DNA of 64,000 nt from an uncultured Solirubrobacterales bacterium (lineage in GTDB: Bacteria; Actinomycetota; Thermoleophilia; Solirubrobacterales; 70-9), in the NCBI GenBank assembly GCA_963808565.1, contig CAWEGM010000014.1:92918-156917 (forward strand), written 5' to 3'. The notes beneath the pieces are model-generated. The model saw nothing but the letters and a program-made list of their open reading frames with translations, was not told the DNA's origin and searched no databases. Made by a program: the position numbers and the translations under genes. Positions 33,068 to 41,864 of this stretch are shown piece after piece (the first letter of the stretch is position 1; each line of letters starts with the position of its first letter).

Positions 33068-33919
33068 TCAGCCGCCCTTGACGACCTCCTCCGCGATGCG
33101 GAGGACCCTCTTCACCGACGGCTTCTGAATCCGCCCCGGGCGATCGCACCCCTCGTGATGGCACGGGTCGATTCCCTTCCAGACCTCCAGCACGGCTCCC
33201 GGCAAGCCGGCGAGCTCGAACTCGCGGTGGTCGGAGTTGCCGTCGCCCGAGTCGCGCGCCCAGCGGACGGTGACGCCGGCCCGCCGGGCGGCGGCGAGGA
33301 TCACCCCCTCGACTCCGTCGCGCGCAGCGGGTTGCGGTGAGCGCAGGTAGAACCGCTTCCCCCGTCCCACCATGTCGACCGAGAGCGCGAAGCGGAGGTC
33401 GCCGCCTCGTCCCTCGGCCTTCACGGCCTTGACGAGGTCCGCGGAGCCGGCGTGGTAAGGGAGCCCGGTGACGACGCGCTCCTCCGCTCCCGTCGCCACG
33501 AGCCATACGTCGCATGTCGCATCGAGTCCGGCGAGCCTCGGCGCGAGGGCGACCAGCACGCCCACCCCCGAGGCGTTGTCGTTCGCGCCCAGGCCGGGGG
33601 GGACGCTGTCGGCATGCGCCATCAGGACGATCAGGCAGCTCGCGGGCGTGTCGAGCCTGCCGATCACGTTGCGGGAGCGCTTCCGGCCCGGCACCCGGAA
33701 GGGGTCGGCGCTGACCTCGAGGCCGGCCGCCCCGAACCGCCCGGCGACGTAGTCATGAGCACGGCGTTCACCCTTGCCGGAGGCGGGACGCGACCCGATC
33801 TTGCCGGCGAGGTGCGTGGCGGCGCCGTAGGGGGTGGGGGAGCCGCCCCGCTCCGCGGCGGTCGCGACGGCCAGCATGGTCGCCAGAGCTGCGCAGGCCG
33901 GGGCGAAGATCCGAATCAC
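33068..33919 (-). CDS. M28-family zinc aminopeptidase
   Basis: Signal peptide, NVIGRL, LMAHADSVPPGLGANDNASGVGVLVAL, ATGAEE, SDHREFELAGLP. Confidence 0.75.
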   Translation of the reverse strand: MIRIFAPACAALATMLAVATAAERGGSPTPYGAATHLAGKIGSRPASGKGERRAHDYVAGRFGAAGLEVSADPFRVPGRKRSRNVIGRLDTPASCLIVLMAHADSVPPGLGANDNASGVGVLVALAPRLAGLDATCDVWLVATGAEERVVTGLPYHAGSADLVKAVKAEGRGGDLRFALSVDMVGRGKRFYLRSPQPAARDGVEGVILAAARRAGVTVRWARDSGDGNSDHREFELAGLPGAVLEVWKGIDPCHHEGCDRPGRIQKPSVKRVLRIAEEVVKGG

Positions 33920-33962
33920 GGGTGATTCCTAACAAGCCCGGGCGGCCCCGTAGGATGCGGCA

Positions 33963-34868
33963 ATGGAGAAGGGTGCCGCGATGAATGACGGAACGACGCC
34001 GATCGCGGTCGCCGCCGAGAACGAGGAGGCGACCGAGGCGTGGAGCGGCGTGCTGTTCGATCGCTTCGTCGAGTACCGCGACCTGATCGTCGCCGGGCTC
34101 ACAAACTTCGGCGAGGAGGCGATCGAGATGTACCCGCCCGAGCGGGGGGACAGGGTTCTCGACATCGGCTGCGGGTTCGGCGACGCGACCCAGCGGCTCG
34201 CGGAGCTGGTTGGCCCCGATGGGCGGGCGGTCGGCGTCGACGTGTCCGAGCCCTTCGTCGATGCCTCGATCGCCGAGGCGCAAAAGGCGGGGATCGAGAA
34301 CGCCGAGTTCATGGCCGGCGACGTTCAGGTGATGGACCTCGGCGGCCCGTACGACTACGCCTTCTCCCGGATGGGGGTGATGTTCTTCGCGAACCCGGTC
34401 CAGGCCCTTCGCAACATTCGCGGCGCACTTCGCCCCGGGGCGCGACTGGTCGCCGTGGTCTGGCGCCGGAAGCTGGACAACCCGTGGGTTCACCGCGCCG
34501 AGCAGGTCGTCGATCAGTACCTGGAGGAGCCGGAGGAAAGCGACGAGCCCAGGTGCGGGCCGGGGCCGTTCTCGATGGCCAACGCCGACACGGTCAGCGA
34601 GCAGCTCAAATTCGCGGGATTCGAGGACCCGACGTTCACCCGCTGCGATCTGCTGATGAAGCTCGGTGACGACCTCGATCACGCCGTCTCGTTCAACATG
34701 GCGATCGGACCGGCGGCGGAGCTGATCCGGCTGGTCGGCGACGAGGCCGAGAAGATCCGGCCGAAGCTCGAACGGGAGATCAGGGAGGTGCTCGCCGACT
34801 ACGTCGAGGCCGGCGAGGTCGCAGCTCCGGCGTCCACCTGGATCGTCCGGGCGACCGTCCCGGTCTAG
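33963..34868 (+). CDS. class I SAM-dependent methyltransferase
   Basis: VLDIGCGFGDATQRLAELVG (motif I), YDYAFSRMGVMFF, LRPGARLVAVVW. Confidence 0.75.
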   Translation: MEKGAAMNDGTTPIAVAAENEEATEAWSGVLFDRFVEYRDLIVAGLTNFGEEAIEMYPPERGDRVLDIGCGFGDATQRLAELVGPDGRAVGVDVSEPFVDASIAEAQKAGIENAEFMAGDVQVMDLGGPYDYAFSRMGVMFFANPVQALRNIRGALRPGARLVAVVWRRKLDNPWVHRAEQVVDQYLEEPEESDEPRCGPGPFSMANADTVSEQLKFAGFEDPTFTRCDLLMKLGDDLDHAVSFNMAIGPAAELIRLVGDEAEKIRPKLEREIREVLADYVEAGEVAAPASTWIVRATVPV

Positions 34869-36121
34869 GCGCCGGCCCTGGGCTGGCCGGCGGTTTCGCC
34901 GAGAGGGAGCCTCGCGAACACCCGAAACCCCCCGCCCTCCATCGGCCCGGCCGCGAACCGGCCGCCGAACAGCTCCACCCTCTCCCGCATGCCGATCAGG
35001 CCCTTCCGGGTCCCGAGCGCGACGCCCCCGGTGCTCCCCGGCCCATCGTCGACCACCTCCACCTCGAGACTCGCGCGGTCGAAGCGCACCCTGACCTTCG
35101 CGGTCGCTCCCGCGCCGGCGTGCTTCAGCACGTTCGTGAGCGCCTCCTGGACTATCCGGTAGGCCGCCTGATCGAGGATCGGGGAAAGCACCAACGGATC
35201 CCCGATCCGCTCGATCTCCACCCTGATCCCCGCCGCCGTGCATTCCTCGACCAGGTCCTCCAGGTGCGACAGGCTCACCCGGTCGCGCTCGGGGTGCGGC
35301 GCATCCGTCGTGCGCAGCAGACCCAGGAGCTTCCGCATGTCCTCCAGGGCGATCCGTGAGGTCCGCTTGATCTCCGCCAGCGAGTGGCGCGCGCTCTCGA
35401 CGTCCCCCCCGTCATCCAGAGCGCGCAGGCCCGCCGTGGCCTGGAGGGACACGGCCGTCACCCCGTGCCCGGCTGCATCGTGAAGATCGCGAGCGATCCG
35501 CATCCGCTCGGCGACGACGGCGAGCCTGGCAGTCTCCTCGCGTTCCCGCTCGAGCGAGCGCCTCAGCCACGCCATCAACAGTCCCGTGACTAGCAGCGTC
35601 GAGACCGTAACCACCCAGCGTGTGATCCCGGACGAGAGCATGGGCCCTTCGTCGATGAGCAGGATCGCCACGGCCACCCCGATCAGGGCAAGCTGGAGGA
35701 GGGCATGACGGAGGTCGAGGAACCAGAACGAGAACAGCGACACCCACAGGTAGAGCACCTCATTGTCCTCGGCGCCCCTCCCATAGCCGGCCTCGAGCGT
35801 GGCCATCGTGATCACGATCGTCCCGAGCGCCGCCGCGAGGCCGAGGATCGGCTCGTCGACCCGCCGGCGCGCCAGGAGCATCACCCCACCAAGGCCGGCG
35901 AAGGCGCCGTATCCGAGGATCAGCAGGTCGGAGCCCTCCGCGGACGGTGGCAGGGCGACGGTGACGGCGATGAGGACCGCTCCACCGACCAGGAGCAGGC
36001 CTGCGACGCGGGTCGCCACCGCGCGCCCGCCGATCGTCTGAAGGGGCGGGAGACCGTGCGAGAGAGTTCGCAGCAGCCAGCGCATTGGGCGACGGGTCCT
36101 CATCGAGAGTCCGTTCTCCAC
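34865..36121 (-). CDS. sensor histidine kinase (HisKA_3/NarL-partner type), no adjacent response regulator
   Basis: Multi-TM N-terminus, H-box RIARDLHDAAGHGVTAV, ATPase region VQEALTNVLKHAG...DDGPG...GLIGMRERVELFGGRF. The stop shares CTAG (34865-68) with the convergent methyltransferase. Confidence 0.85.
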   Translation of the reverse strand: MENGLSMRTRRPMRWLLRTLSHGLPPLQTIGGRAVATRVAGLLLVGGAVLIAVTVALPPSAEGSDLLILGYGAFAGLGGVMLLARRRVDEPILGLAAALGTIVITMATLEAGYGRGAEDNEVLYLWVSLFSFWFLDLRHALLQLALIGVAVAILLIDEGPMLSSGITRWVVTVSTLLVTGLLMAWLRRSLEREREETARLAVVAERMRIARDLHDAAGHGVTAVSLQATAGLRALDDGGDVESARHSLAEIKRTSRIALEDMRKLLGLLRTTDAPHPERDRVSLSHLEDLVEECTAAGIRVEIERIGDPLVLSPILDQAAYRIVQEALTNVLKHAGAGATAKVRVRFDRASLEVEVVDDGPGSTGGVALGTRKGLIGMRERVELFGGRFAAGPMEGGGFRVFARLPLGETAGQPRAGA

Positions 36122-36181
36122 AGCCGATTCCTTCCTCCCCTGCGTAGAACGGTAATGGACGAGGCGGAATACGCTTAAGGC

Positions 36182-37292
36182 ATGGCTGAATTGGTCCCCA
36201 AGGAGGGAATCGCCCCGCGCCTCGCCGAAATCCGGGAGCAGCTCAAGCTTCTCTCGGACTACCTTTGACCCGGCTTCCCTGAGCGAGGAGGCCGAGCGCC
36301 TCGAGGCCGAGATGGGCAGGCCCGGCTTCTGGGACGATCAGGCGGCCGCCGCCGAGACCTCGGCGAGGCACGCCAGCGTGCGGCGCAGGCTGGACGGGTT
36401 CCGCCGTCTCGAGTCGGACGTCGGCGACCTCGAAGAGCTCGCGGAGCTCGCGGCCGATGACGAGGAGATGGCGGATGAGCTGGCTGATCAGCTCGTTTCC
36501 GTCGAGGCGCGGCTGGCGGCGCTCGAGGAGGAGCGGCTCTTCTCCGGGCGGTTCGACTCCGGCGACGCCGTCGTCACGGTTCACGCGGGCGCAGGCGGGA
36601 CGGACTCGCAGGACTGGGCCGAGATGCTCCTCCGCATGTATCTGCGCTGGGCGGAGCGCCGCGGCTTCAAGGTGGAGATGAAGGAGGCCTCCCCGGGAGA
36701 GGAGGCGGGCCTCAAGTCCGCCACCTTCGTCGCTCGCGGGGACAACGCGTACGGCCTGTTCGCGGCTGAGCGGGGGGTCCACCGTCTGATCCGGATCTCA
36801 CCCTTCGACTCCTCCGCACGGCGCCATACAAGCTTCGCCCAGGTCGATGTCGCCCCCCTGGTCGAGGGGGACGTCGACCTCGAGATCGACGACGGCGACA
36901 TCCGGGTGGACACCTACCGCGCCTCCGGAGCGGGCGGCCAGCACGTGAACAAGACCGACTCGGCGGTGCGGATCACCCACGTCCCGACCGGGATCGTGGC
37001 GCAGTCCCAGAACGAGCGCTCCCAGACGCAGAACAAGGCGACCGCGATGCAGATCCTTCGTTCCCGCCTGCTCGAGCGGAAGGAGCTCGAGCAGGCCGAG
37101 GAGCTGGCCCGGGAGCGCGGCGAGCAGAAGTCGGCCGAGTGGGGGTCGCAGATTCGCAGCTACTTCCTCCACCCGGACCAGCGGGTGAAGGACCACCGGA
37201 CGAACTTCGAGGTCGGCGACACGCAACGCGTCCTCGACGGAGACATCGACGCGTTCATCCGCGAGTACCTGAATCGGGCGGCGTCCGGCTAG
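36182..37292 (+). CDS. prfB: peptide chain release factor 2, requires programmed +1 frameshift at 36266
   Basis: Frame 0: MAELVPKEGIAPRLAEIREQLKLLSDYL-TGA (36182-36268). Frame +1 from GAC 36267: DPASLSEEAERLEAEMGRPGFWDDQ...RISPFDS (SPF)...SGAGGQHVNKT (GGQ). Confidence 0.95.
36263..36269 (+). other. programmed +1 ribosomal frameshift site CTT TGA C
   Basis: An exact CUU UGA C heptamer lies in frame with ATG 36182. This is the canonical RF2 autoregulatory site. Confidence 0.9.
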
Positions 37293-37329
37293 TGGCGGCC
37301 TGGCTCCGTCGCCACGCGGGGAGAGCCGG

Positions 37330-38518
37330 CTAGGACGAATCGGGTGCGGTCGGCGGATGCCTCGAAGGGCGCTTCCGGCGCATGATCGCGTCGCTTCGAT
37401 CAATCACGTCGGTGACCGAGTCTCCGGCCTGGACCGCGGTCAGACCGACGGTGAAAGAGACGCCTTGGAGACCGGCGTTGATGTCGGCGAACCGGCGCTC
37501 GGCCTCATCCACCCCCATGTCGAACAGGGCGCAGGCGAACTCGTCGCCTCCGATCCGCACCAGCGGGTCGTACGGCCGCAGGTTCGCGCGAAGCGCGGTG
37601 GAGATCTTTTGGAGCAGTTCGTCCCCGGCGAGATGACCGTCACGGTCATTGACCTCCTTGAGGCCGTCGACGTCGATGAACGCGAATAACAGGGGAACAC
37701 CGGACCTGCTGGCCCGCTCCACCTCCTGCCCCAAGAGGACCTCGCCCAGTCCACGGCGGTAGGCGCCGGTTAGATCGTCGATGTGCGCGGCCTCGAGCTC
37801 GAGGTGGGCCTTCGTGCGGTCGAGTGCTGCACGCTCCCGATCATGTGCGGCACGCTCGCGGTCGGCAGCAGCGCGGGCGCGATCGGCCGCTGCATTCCCG
37901 CGGGCGGCGGCCGCGGCCTTGAGAGCCCGACGGACGTCGCCGTTGACGCCATCCCCAAGGGCGTTCGCGTACGCAACGGCGTCCCGGTCGAGCGCCTCGG
38001 CGGCTCGGTCGCGCGCGTCGGCTGCACGATCGCGCCGGGCTGCGGTGTTGTCGCGGTCGGCGGCATGGTCGTCGCGCTCCGTGCCGCTCCTGATTCGAAC
38101 GAGGGTTGCCGCGTCACGCTCATGCCTCGCCTGCGCCCGCTCGGTCTCGGGAGCGGCGAAAGTCGGCGCCGTCCGAGTCCCCCATGGTGCGGGCGAGGTC
38201 CCGGTCCGCCGCGGCCTGATCGCGATCCGACGCGCGCTGATCGGCGTAGGACTGGGCCTGATCCGTATCCGCTGCCGTCTGGTCGGCGTCCGCTGCCGTC
38301 TGGTCGGCGTCCGCTGCCGTCTGGTCGGCGTCCGCTGCCCGCGCTGCCGTCTCGAGATCGGAATGGGCGCGTGGGCTCTCCGGCGGCTGCCCGTCCTGGC
38401 CGGCCGACCCGTCGGCCCATCTCCACCAGGCTCGGGGACTGAACAACCCCGTGAAGAACGGTTCGCGCGACAAGCTGACTCCTAATACCGTCGCGAGTTC
38501 GGCTCGCTCCGGCTGCAC
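37330..38518 (-). pseudogene. GGDEF-domain diguanylate cyclase with long Asp/Ala/Arg-rich repeat N-terminus; one frame switch about 38150
   Basis: C-terminus LLFAFIDVDGLKEVNDRDGHLAGDELL...RIGGDEFA. The upstream open frame reads ...ADRDNTAARRDRAADARDRAAEALDRD...AADRERAAHDRERAALDRTKAHLE. ORF 38120..38518 supplies the N-terminus (DADQTAA repeats) in another frame. Confidence 0.7.
38268..38339 (-). repeat. perfect 21-bp tandem repeat, about 3.4 copies (heptapeptide DADQTAA on minus strand)
   Basis: tccgctgccgtctggtcggcg x3 plus a partial copy, in frame within the GGDEF gene N-terminus. Confidence 0.95.
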
Positions 38519-38587
38519 GCTCCTTGATTGCAGTCAAGGTTACGCCTTTCAGGCCCGTTCTTGGCGGAGGGTTCTAGCCTCGGCCAC

Positions 38588-38974
38588 GTGGCCAGAGGCG
38601 TTTCCAGATGCCCCAACTGCGGGGAACCCGTCAGCCAGTTCGCCGCCGGCTGCGCGATCTGCGGCGCGAACCTGACCGCGGCCCGTCTCGACCGTGAGCG
38701 GCGGCGCCAGTCGATGCGGTCCATCGCGAGGCTCCCCGGCTGGCTGCCGCGGATCACCGGGGCGGACGCACTGCTGGGTGTGCTGCTTCTGGTCTGCGCA
38801 ATCTTCTCGCCGCTGATCGGGGGAGCGATCGCGGGCGCGTTCGCCTACTTCGCCCACCAGCGGGGCGACGTGGTCCAGCGGAACCTCGCCCTCACGGCGG
38901 TGGCGGTCGCCCTCGTGATGCTGATCCTGGTCAGCTTTCTCCCTGGGACCTACCTTCGGCTCGTCGCCTTCTAG
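38588..38974 (+). CDS. zinc-ribbon membrane protein, hypothetical
   Basis: CPNCGEPVSQFAAGCAICGANL followed by two TM helices. The start could be GTG 38588 or the upstream 38528. Confidence 0.55.
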   Translation: MARGVSRCPNCGEPVSQFAAGCAICGANLTAARLDRERRRQSMRSIARLPGWLPRITGADALLGVLLLVCAIFSPLIGGAIAGAFAYFAHQRGDVVQRNLALTAVAVALVMLILVSFLPGTYLRLVAF

Positions 38975-38984
38975 AAAGCGACCG

Positions 38985-40637
38985 CTACCCGGGCGCTGTC
39001 AGGCGCTCCTCGGCGATGCCCGAGGCCGCCTCGCCGCTCCGACGCTGCCCGGTGACGGCGGCGAGGAAGTGCTCACGATCGAGCGCCAGGAGCATGGTCG
39101 GCATCGTCGCCCGCACCGACGCCGTTCGGGCGACATCGTGAAGGAGCGCGATCTCGCCGAACGACTCGCCGGCCGACTCGTTGCGCCGGAACGAGCCGTT
39201 CACGATCACCTCGACTTGCCCGCTCTCGATCAGGTAGAAGCGGTCCCCGAGCTCGCCCTGGGTGATGATCTCATCGCCGCGGGCCGCCGCTACCGGGCGG
39301 AGATCGTGGCTCAGCCGCTCCAGGGTGTCGACGGGCAGGGGGGCGAAGATCGGGTCGGCTCGGAGCAGCGCGAAGTGGCTCTCCTCGACCGGTGCGCCGA
39401 ACTCGAAGGAGCGAAGCGCGGACCATTCGGCGAGCGCGAACAGCGGCAGGAGCGCGCCGAACGCCAGCAGGGCGCCCTCGATCCCCAGCAGCGAGACCAG
39501 CAGGGGCGCCGAGATAGATCCGAGGGCCATGGCGACGAACCTGAGGGTCTCGAGCGTCCCGAGCACCCGCGCAAGGACCTCATCGGAGCCGAGGCGCTGG
39601 AGGAGCGTCCGGGAAGCGACGTCGACGAATTCGTATCCGATCCCGAGAACGGCCCAGGCGAGGTAGGCGGCGGCCGGAACGACCCAGATTGCGGGAAGCA
39701 TCAGGGCCGCGCCCGCGAGCAGGCTTCCCGCCACCAGTCCGGTTGCGAGCCGTTCGCGCGCGAGCATCATCGCCAGTAGCGCCACCGCGAGCAGCGCCCC
39801 CACCCCCCAGGAGGCGTTCAGATATCCGACGCTTCCCTCACCGATGTCGAGCAGGTCGAGGGCAACGATGACCACGAGCACGTCGGCAGCGCCCTCGAAG
39901 AAGACCAGCAGCGTGCGCACCGCGCCCACGAGACGCAGCTTCCGGTCGGCGACGAGTGTCGCAAGGCCTTGCACCGTCTCTCGAAGGGCGCCGCTCGCCG
40001 CCTCGACCGCGTAGGACGGTCGCTTGTCACGGTGCAGTCCGAGAAGCAGCAACGCGGCGATAAGGCTCGCGGCCGAGGCGGCGACGAACACGGCCTGGGG
40101 GCTGGTGGTCGCGAGCAGCACGCCGCCGAGCATTCCCGCGACGAGGAAGCCGATGTTGTCCATCGCGCTGTGTGCGACGTTGGAGGCGGACAGCTCCTGT
40201 GGCGACCTTGCGACCGCGGGCAGCAGGGCTCCCTCGGCGGGGACGTATGGACTCGAGGCGATCGTCACCAGCCCGGCGAGCAGGTAGACCACGCCCTCGG
40301 AGGTCCCGCTCGCGGCGGCTGCCGCTGCGCACCCGATTGCGATCGCGGTGAGCGTGGCGCTTCCGACCAGGACCAGGCGGCGGGAGTGCCGATCCCCGAG
40401 CAATCCTGCGACCGGGGAGACGAAGGCGGCCGGCAGCAGGCGGACCATAGCCGCGATGCCGACCGCAGTCGCCCCGCCTGCGTTGAACGCATAGACGCCG
40501 AGGGCGATCGCGAAGGACCAGATCGCAAATGAGGTTGCGCCCCAGGCGAGCTGCAGCTTCCTCACATCGGGATTGCCGAACACCGACCCGATCGCTCGAA
40601 GCGAGGTGCCGACATGGCGGGCAGCCTGCCCGATCAC
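38985..40637 (-). CDS. MFS transporter fused to a C-terminal cyclic-nucleotide-binding domain
   Basis: About 12 TM helices, then FALLRADPIFAPLPVDTLERL...GDEIITQGELGDRFYLIESGQVEV...ESFGEIALLHDVARTASVRA (cNMP phosphate-binding-cassette-like FGE...RTA). Confidence 0.75.
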   Translation of the reverse strand: MIGQAARHVGTSLRAIGSVFGNPDVRKLQLAWGATSFAIWSFAIALGVYAFNAGGATAVGIAAMVRLLPAAFVSPVAGLLGDRHSRRLVLVGSATLTAIAIGCAAAAAASGTSEGVVYLLAGLVTIASSPYVPAEGALLPAVARSPQELSASNVAHSAMDNIGFLVAGMLGGVLLATTSPQAVFVAASAASLIAALLLLGLHRDKRPSYAVEAASGALRETVQGLATLVADRKLRLVGAVRTLLVFFEGAADVLVVIVALDLLDIGEGSVGYLNASWGVGALLAVALLAMMLARERLATGLVAGSLLAGAALMLPAIWVVPAAAYLAWAVLGIGYEFVDVASRTLLQRLGSDEVLARVLGTLETLRFVAMALGSISAPLLVSLLGIEGALLAFGALLPLFALAEWSALRSFEFGAPVEESHFALLRADPIFAPLPVDTLERLSHDLRPVAAARGDEIITQGELGDRFYLIESGQVEVIVNGSFRRNESAGESFGEIALLHDVARTASVRATMPTMLLALDREHFLAAVTGQRRSGEAASGIAEERLTAPG

Positions 40638-40686
40638 GGCGAGAGACGCTACCCGAGCCCCGCCGACGGCACATTCCCGCTAATCG

Positions 40687-41319
40687 CTAGACCGCGCCCT
40701 CGAGCTCCAGCAGCGCTCGCTTCATCTCCGGCCCGCCGCCGTAGTTGCCGATCCCACCTCCGGACTGAACGACGCGGTGGCACGGCACGAAGAGCGGGAC
40801 GGGGTTCGCACCGCAGGCGGTTCCGGCGGCGCGGAAGGCCCGCTCGTTCCCCGCCGAGCGGGCGATCTCGGCGTAGGTTCTGGTCCCGCCATAGGGGATG
40901 CGCGCCACGGCGCGGAGCGCGCGGGCCCGGAAACCGGGGGCGGTGAGGCGCCAGTCGACCGGGACCTCGAAGCGGTCACGCCTGCCGTCGAAGTAGTCGT
41001 CGAGCTCGCGGCGCTCCTCGTCGAGCCGTGCAGCGGACTCGAACACCCGCGGAGAGATCTGCGTCGCGAGCTCGTCGAGGACCTCGTCCTCGGAGATCTT
41101 CGACCCCTGGTGGCTGGGCAGGGCGAGCTTGACGACACCGCGATCGGTCCGGGCGAGGAGAAGCCGGCCGAATGGGGAGTCGACGTTTGCGTAGGCGACG
41201 TCGAACAGCCCGTCGCGCTCGGCGCGGTCGAGCAGGCTCTCGACCGCCCGGTCGAGGTCTCCGGAGGTCGGAGCGGTACGGAGGAGCTTCTCGAGGTTCC
41301 TCTCATCGATGGGGGTCAT
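40687..41319 (-). CDS. ogt: methylated-DNA-protein-cysteine S-methyltransferase (Ogt/MGMT) with about 35-aa N-terminal extension
   Basis: RIPYGGTRTYAEIARSAGNERAFRAAGTACGANPVPLFVPCHRVV (PCHR active site). The ATG overlaps the sigma-factor stop (ATGA at 41316-19). Confidence 0.85.
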   Translation of the reverse strand: MTPIDERNLEKLLRTAPTSGDLDRAVESLLDRAERDGLFDVAYANVDSPFGRLLLARTDRGVVKLALPSHQGSKISEDEVLDELATQISPRVFESAARLDEERRELDDYFDGRRDRFEVPVDWRLTAPGFRARALRAVARIPYGGTRTYAEIARSAGNERAFRAAGTACGANPVPLFVPCHRVVQSGGGIGNYGGGPEMKRALLELEGAV

Positions 41320-41816
41320 GCAAACACCTCCCTCAATTTCGCTAGGCCCTCGTGGACGCTGCGGCGGGCGGCAGCCTGCGAGCAGTCCAGCGTCTGGGCG
41401 ATTCCGGCATACGACATGTCCGTAGCGAAGCGGAGAACCACGGCGCTCCGCTGCTTCGGCGGGAGGCCGCTGACGGCCGTCCACAGCTCGGGCTCGCCTC
41501 CCGCCACTGCCTCCTCCGGCCGGGAGTTCGTGCCGGGCTCTCCGCCGGCGACCTCCTCGGCGCTCCCGGCGGGAGCTGCCCGCCTGCCCCGGGCCCTGTG
41601 GTGGTCGATCGCCTTGCGGTGCGCGATCGTGAGCAGCCATGAGCGCAGGTTGCGCGCGTGCTCGAGCCTGGGGTAGGCGCGCAGCGCCGCGATGAACGTC
41701 TCCTGGAAGGCGTCCTCGGCGTCGTGAGGGCCGACGGTCGCCACGAGAAAGCCGAGCACGTCCGAGCCGTGCTCGTCCAGCAGTTCCTGAAATGGAGGAA
41801 GAGTCGCATCGGGCAT
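41316..41816 (-). CDS. ECF-type RNA polymerase sigma-70 family factor
   Basis: Region 2 DAEDAFQETFIAALRAYPRLEHARNLRSWLLTIAHRKAIDHHR. Region 4 LPPKQRSAVVLRFATDMSYAGIAQTLDCSQAAARRSVHEGLAKLRE. Confidence 0.85.
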   Translation of the reverse strand: MPDATLPPFQELLDEHGSDVLGFLVATVGPHDAEDAFQETFIAALRAYPRLEHARNLRSWLLTIAHRKAIDHHRARGRRAAPAGSAEEVAGGEPGTNSRPEEAVAGGEPELWTAVSGLPPKQRSAVVLRFATDMSYAGIAQTLDCSQAAARRSVHEGLAKLREVFA

Positions 41817-41828
41817 TCGCCAATGAAA

Positions 41829-41855
41829 CGTCTCACACCGCGGTTTCGTGAGACG
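41829..41855. promoter_or_regulatory. perfect 8-bp inverted repeat in the 48-bp sigma/nadC divergent spacer
   Basis: CGTCTCAC-accgcggtttc-GTGAGACG. Function unknown (operator or leader hairpin). Confidence 0.3.
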
Positions 41856-41864
41856 CTGACCGCG

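Noticed and set aside
38268-38339. Tandem repeats here and at 50447-50508 and 15500-15589 as possible CRISPR arrays
   Set aside because: The units are 21, 9 and 15 bp, directly abutting with no spacers and in frame inside coding sequences. These are coding tandem repeats, not CRISPR.
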